From assembly GCA_030390025.1 (NCBI GenBank), contig JASTWF010000330.1, positions 434,001 to 498,000 of the forward strand: a DNA stretch of 64,000 nucleotides, read 5' to 3'. The position numbers were made by a program, and so were the translations under genes. Shown piece by piece: positions 28,365-41,880 of the stretch (positions are counted from its first letter, which is position 1; every line of letters starts with the position of its first letter). The notes beneath the pieces were generated by a model. It had not been told where the DNA came from. It did no database searches and saw only the letters and a list, made by a program, of their open reading frames with translations. The DNA is from Squalus acanthias. Its lineage: Eukaryota.

Positions 28365-28460
28365 ATCCGGAAACACCCACAACACAGGAACCCGAGGAAC
28401 AGTCGACTCGAGAATCCACTGACCGTTCATCCACTATCCCAGTGGGGTCTGCAGTCTCAG
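28365..28460 (+). CDS. Candidate 96-nt exon, DPETPTTQEPEEQSTRESTDRSSTIPVGSAVS
   Basis: ttcctttattacag| ... CAG|gtatct. Confidence 0.72.
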
Positions 28461-29112
28461 GTATCTGTCTCGTTCGGTCCATTGTGTGCAGTCTGTTCAC
28501 CCAATGTGACTCCTGAAAAGCTCATCCTGTCTCTTACTGAGTGAGTGGGTGTTGTGACTGAGGGGAGCGGGATGAGGAGACTGAGGGGAGTGGGAAAAGG
28601 AGACTGAATGGAGTGGGATCAGAAGACTGAGGGGAATGGGATGTGGAGACTGAGGGGAATGGGATGTGGAGACTGAGGGGAATGGGATGAGGAAACTGAG
28701 GAGAGAGGGCTGTGGAGACTGAGGGGAGTGGGATGAGGAGACTGAGGGGAGTGGGATGATGAGACTGAGGGGAGTGTGATGTGGAGTCTGAAGGGAGTGG
28801 TATGAGGAGACTGAGGGGAGCTGGATGAGGAGACAGAGGGGAGTGGGATGAGGAGACTGAGGGGGGTGGGATGAGGAGACATAGGGGAGTGGGATGAGGA
28901 GACTGACGTGAGTGGAATGAGGAGACTGTGGGGAATGGGATGAGAATACTTTGTGGAGTGGTATGAGGAGACTAGGGCAGTGGGATGAGGAGACAGGGTG
29001 CAGTCGGACGCAGTGAGTGTGTGGGATTGTGATTGGCTCCAGTACCAGCCTGATGACATTTTCTGGTTTTATCCACTCTACACTCTCCCCTGTCTCTCTT
29101 CATTTATTACAG

Positions 29113-29208
29113 ATCCGGAAACACTCACAGCACAGGAACCCGTGGAACAGTCGACTCGAGAATCCACTGACCGTTCATTCACTATCCCAGTGGGGTCTGC
29201 AGTCTCAG
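29113..29208 (+). CDS. Candidate 96-nt exon, DPETLTAQEPVEQSTRESTDRSFTIPVGSAVS
   Basis: Canonical ttacag / gtatct flanks, 96 nt. Confidence 0.72.
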
Positions 29209-30757
29209 GTATCTGTCTCGTTCGGTACATTGTGTGAAGTCTGTTCACCCAATGTGACTCCTGAAAAGCTCATCCAGTCTCTTACTGAGTGAGTGGCTCT
29301 TGTGACTGAGGGGAGCGGGATGAGGAGACTGAGGGGAGTGGGATGTTGATATTCAGGGAAGTGGGATGAGGAGACTGAGGGGAGTGGGAAAAGGAGACTC
29401 AAGGGAGTGGGATGAGGAGACTGAGGGGTGTGGAATGAGGAGACTGAAGGGAGTGTGGATGACGAGACTGAAGGGAGTGGGATGAGGAGACTGCGGGGAA
29501 TTGGATGAGGAGACTGAGGGGAGAGGTATGTGGAGACTGAGGGGAGTGGGATGAGGAGACTGAGGGGAGTGGGATGAGGAGACTGAGGGTGGTGGGATGA
29601 GGAGACTGAGGGGAGTGGGATGAGGAGACCGAGGGGAGTGGGATGAGGAGAATGAGGGGAGTGGGATGAGGAGACTGAACGGAGTGGGATGACGAAACTG
29701 AGGGGAGTGGGATGAGGAGATTGGGGGAGTGGGGTTAGGTGACTGAGGGGAATGGGATGAAGGGTCTGAGGGGAGCTGGATGAGGAGACTTAGGGGAGCT
29801 GGATGAGGAGACTGAGGGGAGTGGGATGAGGAGACTGAGGGGAGTGGGAAAAAGAGACTGAATGGAGTGGGATGAGGAAACTGAGGTGTGTGGGATGAGG
29901 AGACTGATGGGAGTGGGATGACGAGACTGAGGGGAGTGGGATGAGAAGACTGAGGGGAATGGGATGTGGAGACTCAGTGGAGTGGGATGTGGAGACTGAG
30001 GGGAGTGGGATGTGGAGACTGAGGGGAGTGGGGTGTGGAGACTGAGGGGAGTGGGATGAGGAGACTGAGGGGAGTGGGATGTGGAGACAGAGGGGAGTGG
30101 GATGAGGAGACTGAGGGGAGTGGGATCAGGAGAATGTGGGGAGTGGGATGATGATACTGATGTGAGTGGGAGCAGGAGGCTGAGGGGAATGGAATGAGTA
30201 GACTGAGGGGAGTGGGATGAGGAGACCGAGGGGAGTGGGATGAGGTGACTGTGGGGTGTGGGATGATGAGACTGAGGGGAGTGGGAAGAGGAGACTGAGG
30301 GGAGTGGGAAGAGGAGACTGAGGGGAGTGGGAAGAGGAGACTGTGTGGAGTGGGATGAGGAGACTGAGGGGAGTGGGATGAGGAGACTGTGTGGAGTGGG
30401 ATGAGGAGACTAAGGGGAGTGTGATGTGGAGTCTGAAGGGAGTGGTATGAGGAGACTGAGGGGAGCTGGATGAGGAGACAGAGGGGAGTGGGATGAGGAG
30501 ACTGAGGGGGGTGGGATGAGGAGACATAGGGGAGTGGGATGAGGAGACTGACGTGAGTGGAATGAGGAGACTGTGGGGAATGGGATGAGAATACTTTGTG
30601 GAGTGGTATGAGGAGACTAGGGCAGTGGGATGAGGAGACAGGGTGCAGTCGGACGCAGTGAGTGTGTGGGATTGTGATTGGCTCCAGTACCAGCCTGATG
30701 ACATTTTCTGGTTTTATCCACTCTACACTCTCCCCTGTCTCTCTTCATTTATTACAG

Positions 30758-30853
30758 ATCCGGAAACACTCACAGCACAGGAACCCGAGGAACAGTCGAC
30801 TCGAGAATCCACTGACCGTTCATTCACTATCCCAGTGGGGTCTGCAGTCTCAG
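30758..30853 (+). CDS. Candidate 96-nt exon, DPETLTAQEPEEQSTRESTDRSFTIPVGSAVS
   Basis: Canonical flanks; duplicate of 26333 (offset 4425). Confidence 0.72.
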
Positions 30854-32787
30854 GTATCTGTCTCGTTCGGTACATTGTGTGAAGTCTGTTCACCCAATGT
30901 GACTCCTGAAAAGCTCATCCTGTCTCTTACTGAGTGAGTGGGTGTTGTGACTGAGGGGAGCGGGATGAGGAGACTGAGGGGAGTGGGATGTGGATATTGA
31001 GGGAAGTGGGATGAGGAGACTGAGGGGAGTGGGAAAAGGAGACTCAAGGGAGTGGGATGAGGAGACTGAGGGGTGTGGAATGAGGAGACTGAAGGGAGTG
31101 TGGATGACGAGACTGAAGGGAGTGGGATGAGGAGACTGCGGGGAATTGGATGAGGAGACTGAGGGGAGAGGGATGTGGAGACTGAGGGGAGTGGGATGAG
31201 GAGACTGAGGGGAGTGGGATGAGGAGACTGAGGGTGGTGGGATGAGGAGACTGAGGGGAGTGGGATGAGGAGACCGAGGGGAGTGGGATGAGGAGAATGA
31301 GGGGAGTGGGATGAGGAGACTGAACGGAGTGGGATGACGAAACTGAGGGGAGTGGGATGAGGAGATTGGGGGAGTGGGGTTAGGTGACTGAGGGGAATGG
31401 GATGAAGGGTCTGAGGGGAGCTGGATGAGGAGACTTGGGGAGCTGGATGAGGAGACTGAGGGGAGTGGGATGAGGAGACTGAGGGGAGTGGGAAAAAGAG
31501 ACTGAATGGAGTGGGATGAGGAAACTGAGGTGTGTGGGATGAGGAGACTGATGGGAGTGGGATGACGAGACTGAGGGGAGTGGGATGAGAAGACTGAGGG
31601 GAATGGGATGTGGAGACTCAGTGGAGTGGGATGTGGAGACTGAGGGGAGTGGGATGTGGAGACTGAGGGGAGTGGGGTGTGGAGACTGAGGGGAGTGGGA
31701 TGAGGAGACTGAGGGGAGTGGGATGTGGAGACAGAGGGGAGTGGGATGAGGAGACTGAGGGGAGTGGGATCAGGAGAATGTGGGGAGTGGGATGATGATA
31801 CTGATGTGAGTGGGAGCAGGAGGCTGAGGGGAATGGAATGAGTAGACTGAGGGGAGTGGGATGAGGAGACCGAGGGGAGTGGGATGAGGTGACTGTGGGG
31901 TGTGGGATGATGAGACTGAGGGGAGTGGGAAGAGGAGACTGAGGGGAGTGGGAAGAGGAGACTGAGGGGAGTGGGAAGAGGAGACTGTGTGGAGTGGGAT
32001 GAGGAGACTGAGGGGAGTGGGATGAGGAGTCTGTGTGGAGTGGGATGAGGAGACTAAGGGGAGTGTGATGTGGAGTCTGAAGGGAGTGGTATGAGGAGAC
32101 TGAGGGGAGCTGGATGAGGAGACAGAGGGGAGTGGGATGAGGAGACTGAGGGGGGTGGGATGAGGAGACTGAGGGGAGTGGGATGAGGAGACTGAGGGGA
32201 GTGGGATGAGGAGACTGAGGGGAGTGGGATGAGGAGACTGAGGGGAGTGGGATGAGGAGACTGAGGTGAGTGGAATGAGGAGACTGTGGGGAATGGGATG
32301 AGAATACTTTGTGGAGTGGTATGAGGAGACTAGGGCAGTGGGATGAGGAGACTGAAGGGAGTGGGATTACGAGACTGAGGGGAGTGGGATGAGGAGATTG
32401 GGGGAGTGGGGTTTGGTGACTGCGGGGAATGGGATGAGGAGACTGACGGGAGCTGGATGAGGAGACTTAGGGGAGCTGGATGAGGAGACGGTCGGGAATG
32501 GGATGAGAAAACTTTGTGGATTGGTATGAGGTGATTAAGGGGAGTGGGACACGGTTCCTGAGGGGAGAGGGACACAGTTTCTGTGGGGAGTGGGACGCAG
32601 TTCCTGAGGCGTGTGGGACACAGTTCCTGAGTGGTGTGGGACGCAGTTCCTGAGTGGTGTGGGACGCAGTTCCTGAGGGGAGTCAGAAGGAATGAGTGGG
32701 ATTGTGATTGGCTTCAGTTCCAGCCTGATGAACTGTTCTGGTTTTCACCACTCTGCACTCTCCTATGTCTCTCTTCCTTTATTACAG

Positions 32788-32883
32788 ATCCGGAAACACC
32801 CACAACACAGGAACCCGAGGAACAGTCGACTCGAGAATCCACTGACCGTTCATCCACTATCCCAGTGGGGTCTGCAGTCTCAG
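32788..32883 (+). CDS. Candidate 96-nt exon, DPETPTTQEPEEQSTRESTDRSSTIPVGSAVS
   Basis: Canonical flanks; duplicate of 28365 (offset 4423). Confidence 0.72.
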
Positions 32884-33344
32884 GTATCTGTCTCGTTCGG
32901 TCCATTGTGTGCAGTCTGTTCACCCAATGTGACTCCTGAAAAGCTCATCCTGTCTCTTACTGAGTGAGTGGGTGTTGTGACTGAGGGGAGCGGGATGAGG
33001 AGACTGAGGGGAGTGGGAAAAGGAGACTGAATGGAGTGGGATCAGAAGACTGAGGGGAATGGGATGTGGAGACTGAGGGGAATGGGATGTGGAGACTGAG
33101 GGGAATGGGATGAGGAAACTGAGGAGAGAGGGCTGTGGAGACTGAGGGGAGTGGGATGAGGAGACTGAGGGGAGTGGGATGAGGAGACAGAGGGGAGTGA
33201 GATGAGGAGACTGAGGCGAATGGGATGAGGAGACTGCGTGGAGTGGGATGAGGAGGCTGTGGGGAATGGGATGTGAATATTTTGTGGAATGGTATGAGGA
33301 GACTTAGGGGAGTGGGACGATGAGACTGAGGATTTTCGGACGCC

Positions 33345-33490
33345 GTGAGTGAGTGGGATTATTATTGGCTCCAGTACCAGCCTGATGAGCTGTTCTGGTT
33401 TTCTCCACTTCTCGTTCGGTACATTGTGTACAGTCTATCCACCCAATGTGACTCCTGAAAAGCTCATCCAGTCTCTGACTGAGTGAGTGG
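33345..33490 (+). pseudogene. Exon-less cassette (acceptor, exon and donor deleted)
   Basis: Upstream flank ...TTTTCTCCACT joins directly to downstream flank TCTCGTTCGGTAC at ~33409/33410. Confidence 0.85.
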
Positions 33491-34354
33491 TTGTTGTGAC
33501 TCAGGGGAGCGGGATGAGGAGACTGAGGGGAGTGGGATGTGGAGACTGAGGGGAGTGGGATGTGGAGACTGAGGGGAGTGGGATGATGAGACTGATGGGA
33601 GTGGGAGCAGGAGGCTGAGGGGAATGGAATGAGGAGACTGAGGGGAGTGGGAGGAGGAGACTAATGGGAGTGGGAGGAGGAGACTGAGGGGAGTGGGAAG
33701 AGGAGACTGTGTGGAGTGGGAGGAGGAGACTGAGGGGAGTGGGATGTGGAGACTGAGGGGAGTGGGATGTGGAGACTGAGGGGAGTGGGATGTGGAGACT
33801 GAGGGGAGTGGGATGAGGAGACTGAGGGGAGTGGGATGAGGAGACTGTGGGGAGTGGGATGATGAGACTGATGGGAGTGGGAGCAGGAGGCTGAGGGGAA
33901 TGGAATGAGGAGACTGAGGGGAGTGGGAGGAGGAGACTAATGGGAGTGGGAGGAGGAGACTGAGGGGAGTGGGAAGAGGAGACTGTGTGGAGTGGGATGA
34001 GGAGACTGAGGGGAGTGGGATGCGGAGACTGTGTGGAGAGGTATGAGGAGACTGAGGGGAGTGTGATGAGGAGACTAAGGGGAGTGTGATGTGGAGACTG
34101 AAGGGAGTGGTATGAGGAGACTGAGGGGAGCTGGATGACGAGACAAAGGGGTGTGGGATGAGGAGACTGTGGGGAATGGGATGAGAATATTTTGTGGATT
34201 GGTATGAGGAGACGTCTGGAAGTGGGACGATGAGACTGAGGGTTTTCGGATGCCGTGAGTGAGTGGGATTGTTATTGGCTCCAGTACCAGCCTGATGACC
34301 TGTTCTGGTTTTCTCCACTCTACACCCTCCCATGTCTCTCTTCCTTTATTACAG

Positions 34355-34450
34355 ATCCGGACACATCCAAAACACAGGAACCTGAGGAACAGTCGACTCG
34401 AGAATCAACTAACCGTTCATCCAATATCCCAGTGGGGTCTGCAGTCTCAG
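34355..34450 (+). CDS. Candidate 96-nt exon, DPDTSKTQEPEEQSTRESTNRSSNIPVGSAVS
   Basis: Canonical flanks; carries an N-R-S sequon in phase 1. Confidence 0.72.
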
Positions 34451-35008
34451 GTATCTGCCTCGTTCGGTCCATTGTGTACAGACTGTTCACCCAATGTGAC
34501 TCCTGAAAAACTCATCCAGTCTCTTACTGAGTGAGTGAGTGTTGTGATAGCGGGGAGTGGGATGAGGAGACTGAGGGGAGTGTGAAAAGGAGACTGAAGG
34601 GAGTGGGATGAGGAGCCTTTTGGTTGTGGAATGAGGAGACTGAAGGGAGTGTGGATGACGAGACTGAAGGGAGTGGGATGAGGAGACTGCGGGGAATGGG
34701 ATGAGGAGACTGACTGGAGTGGATTGAGGAGACTGAGGGGAGTGGGATGAGGAGACTGAGGGGAGTGGGTGGAGGAGACTGAGGGGAGTGGGATGAGGAG
34801 ACTGAGGGGAGTGGGATGAGGAGACTGAAGGGAGTGGGATAACGAGACTGAGGGGAGTGGGATGAGGAGACTGAGGGGAGTTGGATGAGGAGGCTGAGGG
34901 GAGAGGGATGAGGAGACTGAAGGGAGTGGTATAACAAGACTGAGGGGAGTGGGATGAGGAGACTGAGGGGAGTGGGATGAGGAGACTGAGGGGAGTGGGT
35001 GGAGGAGA

Positions 35009-35045
35009 CTGAAAATCTCATTCAGTCTCTTACTGAGTGAGTGGG
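35009..35045 (+). pseudogene. Cassette tail-only remnant (counterpart of exon 41881 deleted)
   Basis: GGAGA-CTGAAAATCTCATTCAGTCTCTTACTGAG matches the tail after exon 41881 (~42029) but follows minisatellite directly. Confidence 0.8.
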
Positions 35046-37835
35046 TGTTGTGACTGAGGAGAGCGGGATGAGGAGACTGAGGGGAATGGGATGTGGAGAC
35101 TGAAGGGAGTGGGAGCAGGAGGCTGAGGGGAATTGGATGAGGCGACTGAGGGCAGCGGGATGAGGAGACTGAGGAGAGTGGGATGTGGAGACTGAGGGGA
35201 GTGGGATGAGGAGACTGAGGGGATGGGATGTGGATATTGAGGGAAGTGAGATGAGGAGACTGAGGGGAGTGGGAAAAGGAGACTGAAGGGAGTGGGATGA
35301 GGAGACTGAGGGGAGTGGGATGAGGAGACTGAGGGGATGGGATGTGGATATTGAGGGAAGTGAGATGAGGAGACTGAGGGGAGTGGGATGAGGAGCCTGA
35401 TGGTTGTGGAATGAGGAGACTGAAGGGAGTGTGGATGACGAGACTGAAGGGAGTGGGATGAGGAGACTGCGGGGAATGGGATGAGGAGACTGACTGGAGT
35501 GGATTGAGGAGACTGAGTGGAGTGGGATGAGGACACTGAGGGGAGTGGGTGGAGGAGACTGTGGGGAGTGGGATGAGGAGACTGAGGGGAGAGGGATGAG
35601 GAGACTGAAGGGAGTGGTATAACAAGACTGAGGGGAGTGGGATGTGGAGGCTGAGGGGAGTGGGATGAGGAGGCTGAGGGGAGTGGGATCAAGAAACTGA
35701 GGGGAGTAGGATGGGGAGACTGAGGGGAGCTGGATGAGGAGACTGACGGGATTGGGATGAGGAGACTGAGGGGAGTGGGATGAGGAGACTGAGGGGAGTG
35801 GGATGAGGAGACTGAGGGGAGTGGTATGAGGAGACTGAGGGGAGTGGGATGAGGAGACTGAGGGGAGTGGGATGAGGAGACTGAAGGGAGTGGGATAACG
35901 AGACTGAGGGGAGTGGGATGAGGAGGCTGAGGGGAGTTGGATGAGGAGGCTGAGGAGAGTGGGATCAGGAGACTGAGGGGAGTGGGATGCGGAGACTGAG
36001 GAGAGCTGGATGAGGAGACTGAGGGGATTGGGATGAGGAGACTGAGGGGAGTGGGATGAGGAGACTGAGGGGATGGGATGTGGATATTGAGGGAAGTGAG
36101 ATGAGGAGACTGAGGGGAGTGGGATGAGGAGCCTGATGGTTGTGGAATGAGGAGACTGAAGGGAGTGTGGATGACGAGACTGAAGGGAGTGGGATGAGGA
36201 GACTGCGGGGAATGGGATGAGGAGACTGACTGGAGTGGGAGCAGGAGGCTGAGGGGAATTGGATGAGGCGACTGAGGTCAGCGGGATGAGGAGACTGAGG
36301 AGAGTGGGATGTGGAGACTGAGGGGAGTGGGATGAGGAGACTGAGGGGATGGGATGTGGATATTGAGGGAAGTGAGATGAGGAGACTGAGGGGAGTGGGA
36401 AAAGGAGACTGAAGGGAGTGGGATGAGGAGACTGAGGGGAGTGGGATGAGGAGACTGAGGGGATGGGATGTGGATATTGAGGGAAGTGAGATGAGGAGAC
36501 TGAGGGGAGTGGGATGAGGAGCCTGATGGTTGTGGAATGAGGAGACTGAAGGGAGTGTGGATGACGAGACTGAAGGGAGTGGGATGAGGAGACTGCGGGG
36601 AATGGGATGAGGAGACTGACTGGAGTGGATTGAGGAGACTGAGTGGAGTGGGATGAGGGACACTGAGGGGAGTGGGTGGAGGAGACTGTGGGAGTGGGAT
36701 GAGGAGACTGAGGGGAGAGGGATGAGGAGACTGAAGGGAGTGGTATAACAAGACTGAGGGGAGTGGGATGTGGAGGCTGAGGGGAGTGGGATGAGGAGGC
36801 TGAGGGGAGTGGGATCAAGAAACTGAGGGGAGTAGGATGGGGAGACTGAGGGGAGCTGGATGAGGAGACTGACGGGATTGGGATGAGGAGACTGAGGGGA
36901 GTGGGATGAGGAGACTGAGGGGAGTGGGATGAGGAGACTGAGGGGAGTGGTATGAGGAGACTGAGGGGAGCTGGATGAGAAGACTGAGGGGAGTGGGATG
37001 AGGAGTCTGTGGGGAATGGGATGAGAACACTTTGTGGAGTGATATGAGGAGAATAAGGGGAGTGTGATGAGGAGACTGAAGGGAGTGGGATGAGGAGACT
37101 GAGGGGAGTGGGATGAGGTGACTGAGGGGAGTTTGAAATGGAGATTGAAGGAAGTGGGATGAGGCGACTGAGGGGAGTGGGAAATGGAGTTTGAAGGAAA
37201 CGGGCTGAGGAGACTGAAGGGAGTGGGATGAGGAGACTGAGGGGAGTGGGAAAAGGAGACTGAACGGAATCGGATGAGGAGACTGAGGGGAATGGGATGA
37301 GGAGACTGAGGGGAGTGGGCTGAGAAGACTGAGGGGAGTGGGAAAAGGAGACTGAGTGTATTGGGATGAGGAGACTGAGGGGACTGGGATGAGGAGACTG
37401 AGGGGAGTGCGATGAGGAAACTGAGGGGAGTGGCATGAGCGACTGAGGGGAGTGGGAAAAGGAGATTGAAGGGAGTGAGATGTGGAGACAGAGGGGAGTG
37501 GGATGAGGAGACGGAGGGGAGTGGGATGAGCAGACTGAGGGGGTGGGATGAGCAGACTGAGCGGAGTGGGATGAGGAGACTCAGGGGAGTGGGATGAGGA
37601 GACGAAGGGGATTGGGATGAGCAGACTGAGGGGGTGGGATGAGCAGACTGAGGGGAGTGGTATGAGGAGACTGAGGGGAGTGGGATGAGGAGACTGAGGG
37701 GAGTGGGATGAGGAGACTGAGTAGAGTCGGACGCAGTGAGTGAGTGGGATTGTGATTGGCTCTAGTACCAGCCGGATGACCGGTTCTGGTTTTCTCCACT
37801 CTGCACTCACCCCTGTCTCTCTTCCTTTATTACAG

Positions 37836-37931
37836 ATCCGGAAACACCCACAGCACAGGAACACGAGGAACAGTCGACTCGAGAATCCACTGACCGTTCA
37901 CACACTATCCCAGTGGGGTCTGCAGTCTCAG
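37836..37931 (+). CDS. Candidate 96-nt exon, DPETPTAQEHEEQSTRESTDRSHTIPVGSAVS
   Basis: Canonical ttacag / gtatct flanks. Confidence 0.72.
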
Positions 37932-39771
37932 GTATCTGTCTCGTTCGGTCCATTGTGTACAGTCTGTTCAACCAATGTGACTCCTGAAAAGCTCATCCTG
38001 TCTCTTACTGAGTGAGTGGATGTTGTGACTGAGGTGAGCGGGATGAGGAGACTGAGGGACTGGGATGAGGAGACTGAGGGGAGCGGGTTGAGCGACAGAG
38101 GGGAGTGATATGAGGAGACTGAGAGGAGTGGATTGAGGAGACTGAGGGCAGCGGGATGAGGAGACTGAGATGAGTGGGATGAGGGGACTGAGGGGAGTGG
38201 GATGAGGAGACTGAGGAGAGTTGGATGAGGAGACTGAGTGGAGTGGGATGAGGAGACTGAAGGGAGTGGGATGACGAGACTGAGGAGAGTGGGATGAGGA
38301 GATGGGGGAGTGGGATGAGGTGACTGAGGAGAATGGGATGAGGAGACTGAGGCGAGCGGGATGAGGTGAATTAGGGGATCTGGATGAGGAGACTGAGGGG
38401 AATGTGATGAGGAGGCTGAGGGGAGTGGGATGAGGAGACTGAGGGGAGTGGGATGATGAGACTGAGGGGAGCTGGATGAGGAGACGGAGGTGAGCTGGAT
38501 GAGGAGACTGAGGGGAGTGGGATGAGGAGACTGAGGGGTGTGGGAAAAAGAGACTGAATGGAGTGGGATGAGGAAACTGAGGTGTGTGGGATGAGGAGAC
38601 TGATGGGAGTGGGATGACGAGACTGAGGGGAGTGGGATGTGAAGACTGAGGGGAATGGGATGTGGAGACTCAGGGGAGTGGGATGTGGAGACTGAGGGGA
38701 GTGGGATGTGGAGACTGAGGGGAGTGGGATGTGGAGACTGAGGGGAGTGGGATGAGGAGACTGAGGGGAGTGGGATGTGGAGACAGAGGGGAGTGGGATG
38801 AGGAGACTGAGGGGAATGGGATCAGGAGAATGTGGGGAGTGGGATGATGATACTGATGTGAGTGGGAGCAGGAGGCTGAGGGGAATGGAATGAGTAGACT
38901 GAGGGGAGTGGGATGAGGAGACCGAGGGGAGTGGGATGAGGTGACTGTGGGGAGTGGGATGATGAGAGTGAGGGGAGTGGGAAGAGGAGACTGAGGGGAG
39001 TGGGAAGAGGAGACTGAGGGGAGTGGGAAGAGGAGACTGTGTGGAGTGGGATGAGGAGACTGAGGGGAGTGGGATGAGGAGACTGTGTGGAGTGGGATGA
39101 GGAGACTAAGGGGAGTGTGATGTGGAGTCTGAAGGGAGTGGTATGAGGAGACTGAGGGGAGCTGGATGAGGAGACAGAGGGGAGTGGGATGAGGAGACTG
39201 AGGGGGGTGGGATGAGGAGAGTGAGGGGAGTGGGATGAGGAGACCGAGGGGAGTGGGATGAGGAGACTGAGGGGAGTGGGATGAGGAGACTGAGGGGAGA
39301 GGGATGAGGAGACTGAGGGGAGTGGGATGAGGAGACTGAAGGGAGTGGGATGACGAGACTGAGGGGAGTGGGATGAGGAGATTGGGGGAGTGGGGTTTGG
39401 TGACTGCGGGGAATGGGATGAGGAGACTGACGGGAGCTGGATGAGGAGACTTAGGGGAGCTGGATGAGGAGACGGTCGGGAATGGGATGAGAAATCTTTG
39501 TGGATTGGTATGAGGTGATTAAGGGGAGTGGGACACGGTTCCTGAGGGGAGAGGGACACAGTTTCTGTGGGGAGTGGGACGCAGTTCCTGAGGCGTGTGG
39601 GGCACAGTTCCTGAGTGGTGTGGGACGCAGTTCCTGAGTGGTGTGGGACGCAGTTCCTGAGGGGAGTCAGAAGGAGTGAGTGGGATTGTGATTGGCTTCA
39701 GTTCCAGCCTGATGACCTATTCTGGTTTTCACCACTCTGCACTCTCCCATGTCTCTCTTCCTTTATTACAG

Positions 39772-39867
39772 ATCCGGAAACACCCACAACACAGGAACCC
39801 GAGGAACAGTCGACTCGAGAATCCACTGACCGTTCATCCACTATCCCAGTGGGGTCTGCAGTCTCAG
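39772..39867 (+). CDS. Candidate 96-nt exon, DPETPTTQEPEEQSTRESTDRSSTIPVGSAVS
   Basis: Canonical flanks. Confidence 0.72.
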
Positions 39868-40304
39868 GTATCTGTCTCGTTCGGTCCATTGTGTGCAGTC
39901 TGTTCACCCAATGTGACTCCTGAAAAGCTCATCCTGTCTCTTACTGAGTGAGTGGGTGTTGTGACTGAGGGGAGCGGGATGAGGAGACTGAGGGGAGTGG
40001 GAAAAGGAGACTGAATGGAGTGGGATGTGGAGACTGAGGGGAATGGGATGTGGAGACTGAGGGGAATGGGATGAGGAAACTGAGGAGAGAGGGCTGTGGA
40101 GACTGAGGGGAGTGGGATGAGGAGACTGAGGGGAGTGGGATGAGGAGACAGAGGGGAGTGGGATGAGGAGACTGAGGCGAATGGGATGAGGAGACTGCGT
40201 GGAGTGGGATGAGGAGGCTGTGGGGAATGGGATGTGAATATTTTGTGGAATGGTATGAGGAGACTTAGGGGAGTGGGACGATGAGACTGAGGATTTTCGG
40301 ACGC

Positions 40305-40450
40305 CGTGAGTGAGTGGGATTATTATTGGCTCCAGTACCAGCCTGATGAGCTGTTCTGGTTTTCTCCACTTCTCGTTCGGTACATTGTGTACAGTCTATC
40401 CACCCAATGTGACTCCTGAAAAGCTCATCCAGTCTCTGACTGAGTGAGTG
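40305..40450 (+). pseudogene. Exon-less cassette (copy 2)
   Basis: Same deletion junction (~40370/40371) as at 33409. Confidence 0.85.
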
Positions 40451-41085
40451 GTTGTTGTGACTCAGGGGAGCGGGATGAGGAGACTGAGGGGAGTGGGATG
40501 TGGAGACTGAGGGGAGTGGGATGTGGAGACTGAGGGGAGTGGGATGTGGAGACTGAGGGGAGTGGGATGAGGAGACTGTGGGGAGTGGGATGATGAGACT
40601 GATGGGAGTGGGAGCAGGAGGCTGAGGGGAATGGAATGAGGAGACTGAGGGGAGTGGGATGAGGAGACTAATGGGAGTGGGAGGAGGAGACTGAGGGGAG
40701 TGGGAAGAGGAGACTGTGTGGAGTGGGATGAGGAGACTGAGGGGAGTGGGATGCGGAGACTGTGTGGAGCGGTATGAGGAGACTGAGGGGAGTGTGATGA
40801 GGAGACTAAGGGGAGTGTGATGTGGAGACTGAAGGGAGTGGTATGAGGAGACTGAGGGGAGCTGGATGACGAGACAAAGGGGTGTGGGATGAGGAGACTG
40901 TGGGGAATGGGATGAGAATATTTTGTGGAATGGTATGAGGAGACGTCTGGAAGTGGGACGATGAGACTGAGGGTTTTCGGATGCCGTGAGTGAGTGGGAT
41001 TGTTATTGGCTCCAGTACCAGCCTGATGACCTGTTCTGGTTTTCTCCACTCTACACCCTCCCATGTCTCTCTTCCTTTATTACAG

Positions 41086-41181
41086 ATCCGGACACATCCA
41101 AAACACAGGAACCTGAGGAACAGTCGACTCGAGAATCAACTAACCGTTCATCCAATATCCCAGTGGGGTCTGCAGTCTCAG
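41086..41181 (+). CDS. Candidate 96-nt exon, DPDTSKTQEPEEQSTRESTNRSSNIPVGSAVS
   Basis: Canonical flanks; duplicate of 34355. Confidence 0.72.
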
Positions 41182-41880
41182 GTATCTGCCTCGTTCGGTC
41201 CATTGTGTACAGACTGTTCACCCAATGTGACTCCTGAAAAACTCATCCAGTCTCTTACTGAGTGAGTGAGTGTTGTGATAGCGGGGAGTGGGATGAGGAG
41301 ACTGAGGGGAGTGTGAAAAGGAGACTGAAGGGAGTGGGATGAGGAGCCTTTTGGTTGTGGAATGAGGAGACTGAAGGGAGTGTGGATGACGAGACTGAAG
41401 GGAGTGGGATGAGGAGACTGCGGGGAATGGGATGAGGAGACTGACTGGAGTGGATTGAGGAGACTGAGGGGAGTGGATGAGGAGACTGAGGGGAGTGGGT
41501 GGAGGAGACTGAGGGGAGTGGGATGAGGAGACTGAGGGGAGTGGGATGAGGAGACTGAAGGGAGTGGGATAACGAGACTGAGGGGAGTGGGATGAGGAGA
41601 CTGAGGGGAGTTGGATGAGGAGGCTGAGGGGAGTGGGATCAGGAGACTGAGGGGAGTGGGATGCGGAGACTGAGGAGAGCTGGATGAGGCGACTGAGGGG
41701 ATTGGGATGAGGAGACTGAGGGGAGTGGGATGAGGAGACTGAGAGGAGTGGAACGATGAGACTGAGGGGTTTCGGATGCCGTGAGTGAGTGGGATTGTGA
41801 TTGGCTCCAGTTCCAGCCTGCTGACCTGTTCTGGTTTTCTCCACTCTACACTCTCCCATGTCTCTCTTCCTTTATTACAG

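Noticed and set aside
28400..28413. AGTCGACTCGAG overlapping palindromes in each D-type exon as a recombination or binding site
   Set aside because: Explained by the codons for Q-S-T-R-E, altered in some copies (45844, 46478) and absent from the contig-1 subtype.
28265..28550. The ~290-bp cassette as a SINE or MITE
   Set aside because: No recognisable Pol III A/B boxes, tail, terminal inverted repeats or TSDs; copies are co-oriented within contigs and co-duplicate with flanking satellite.
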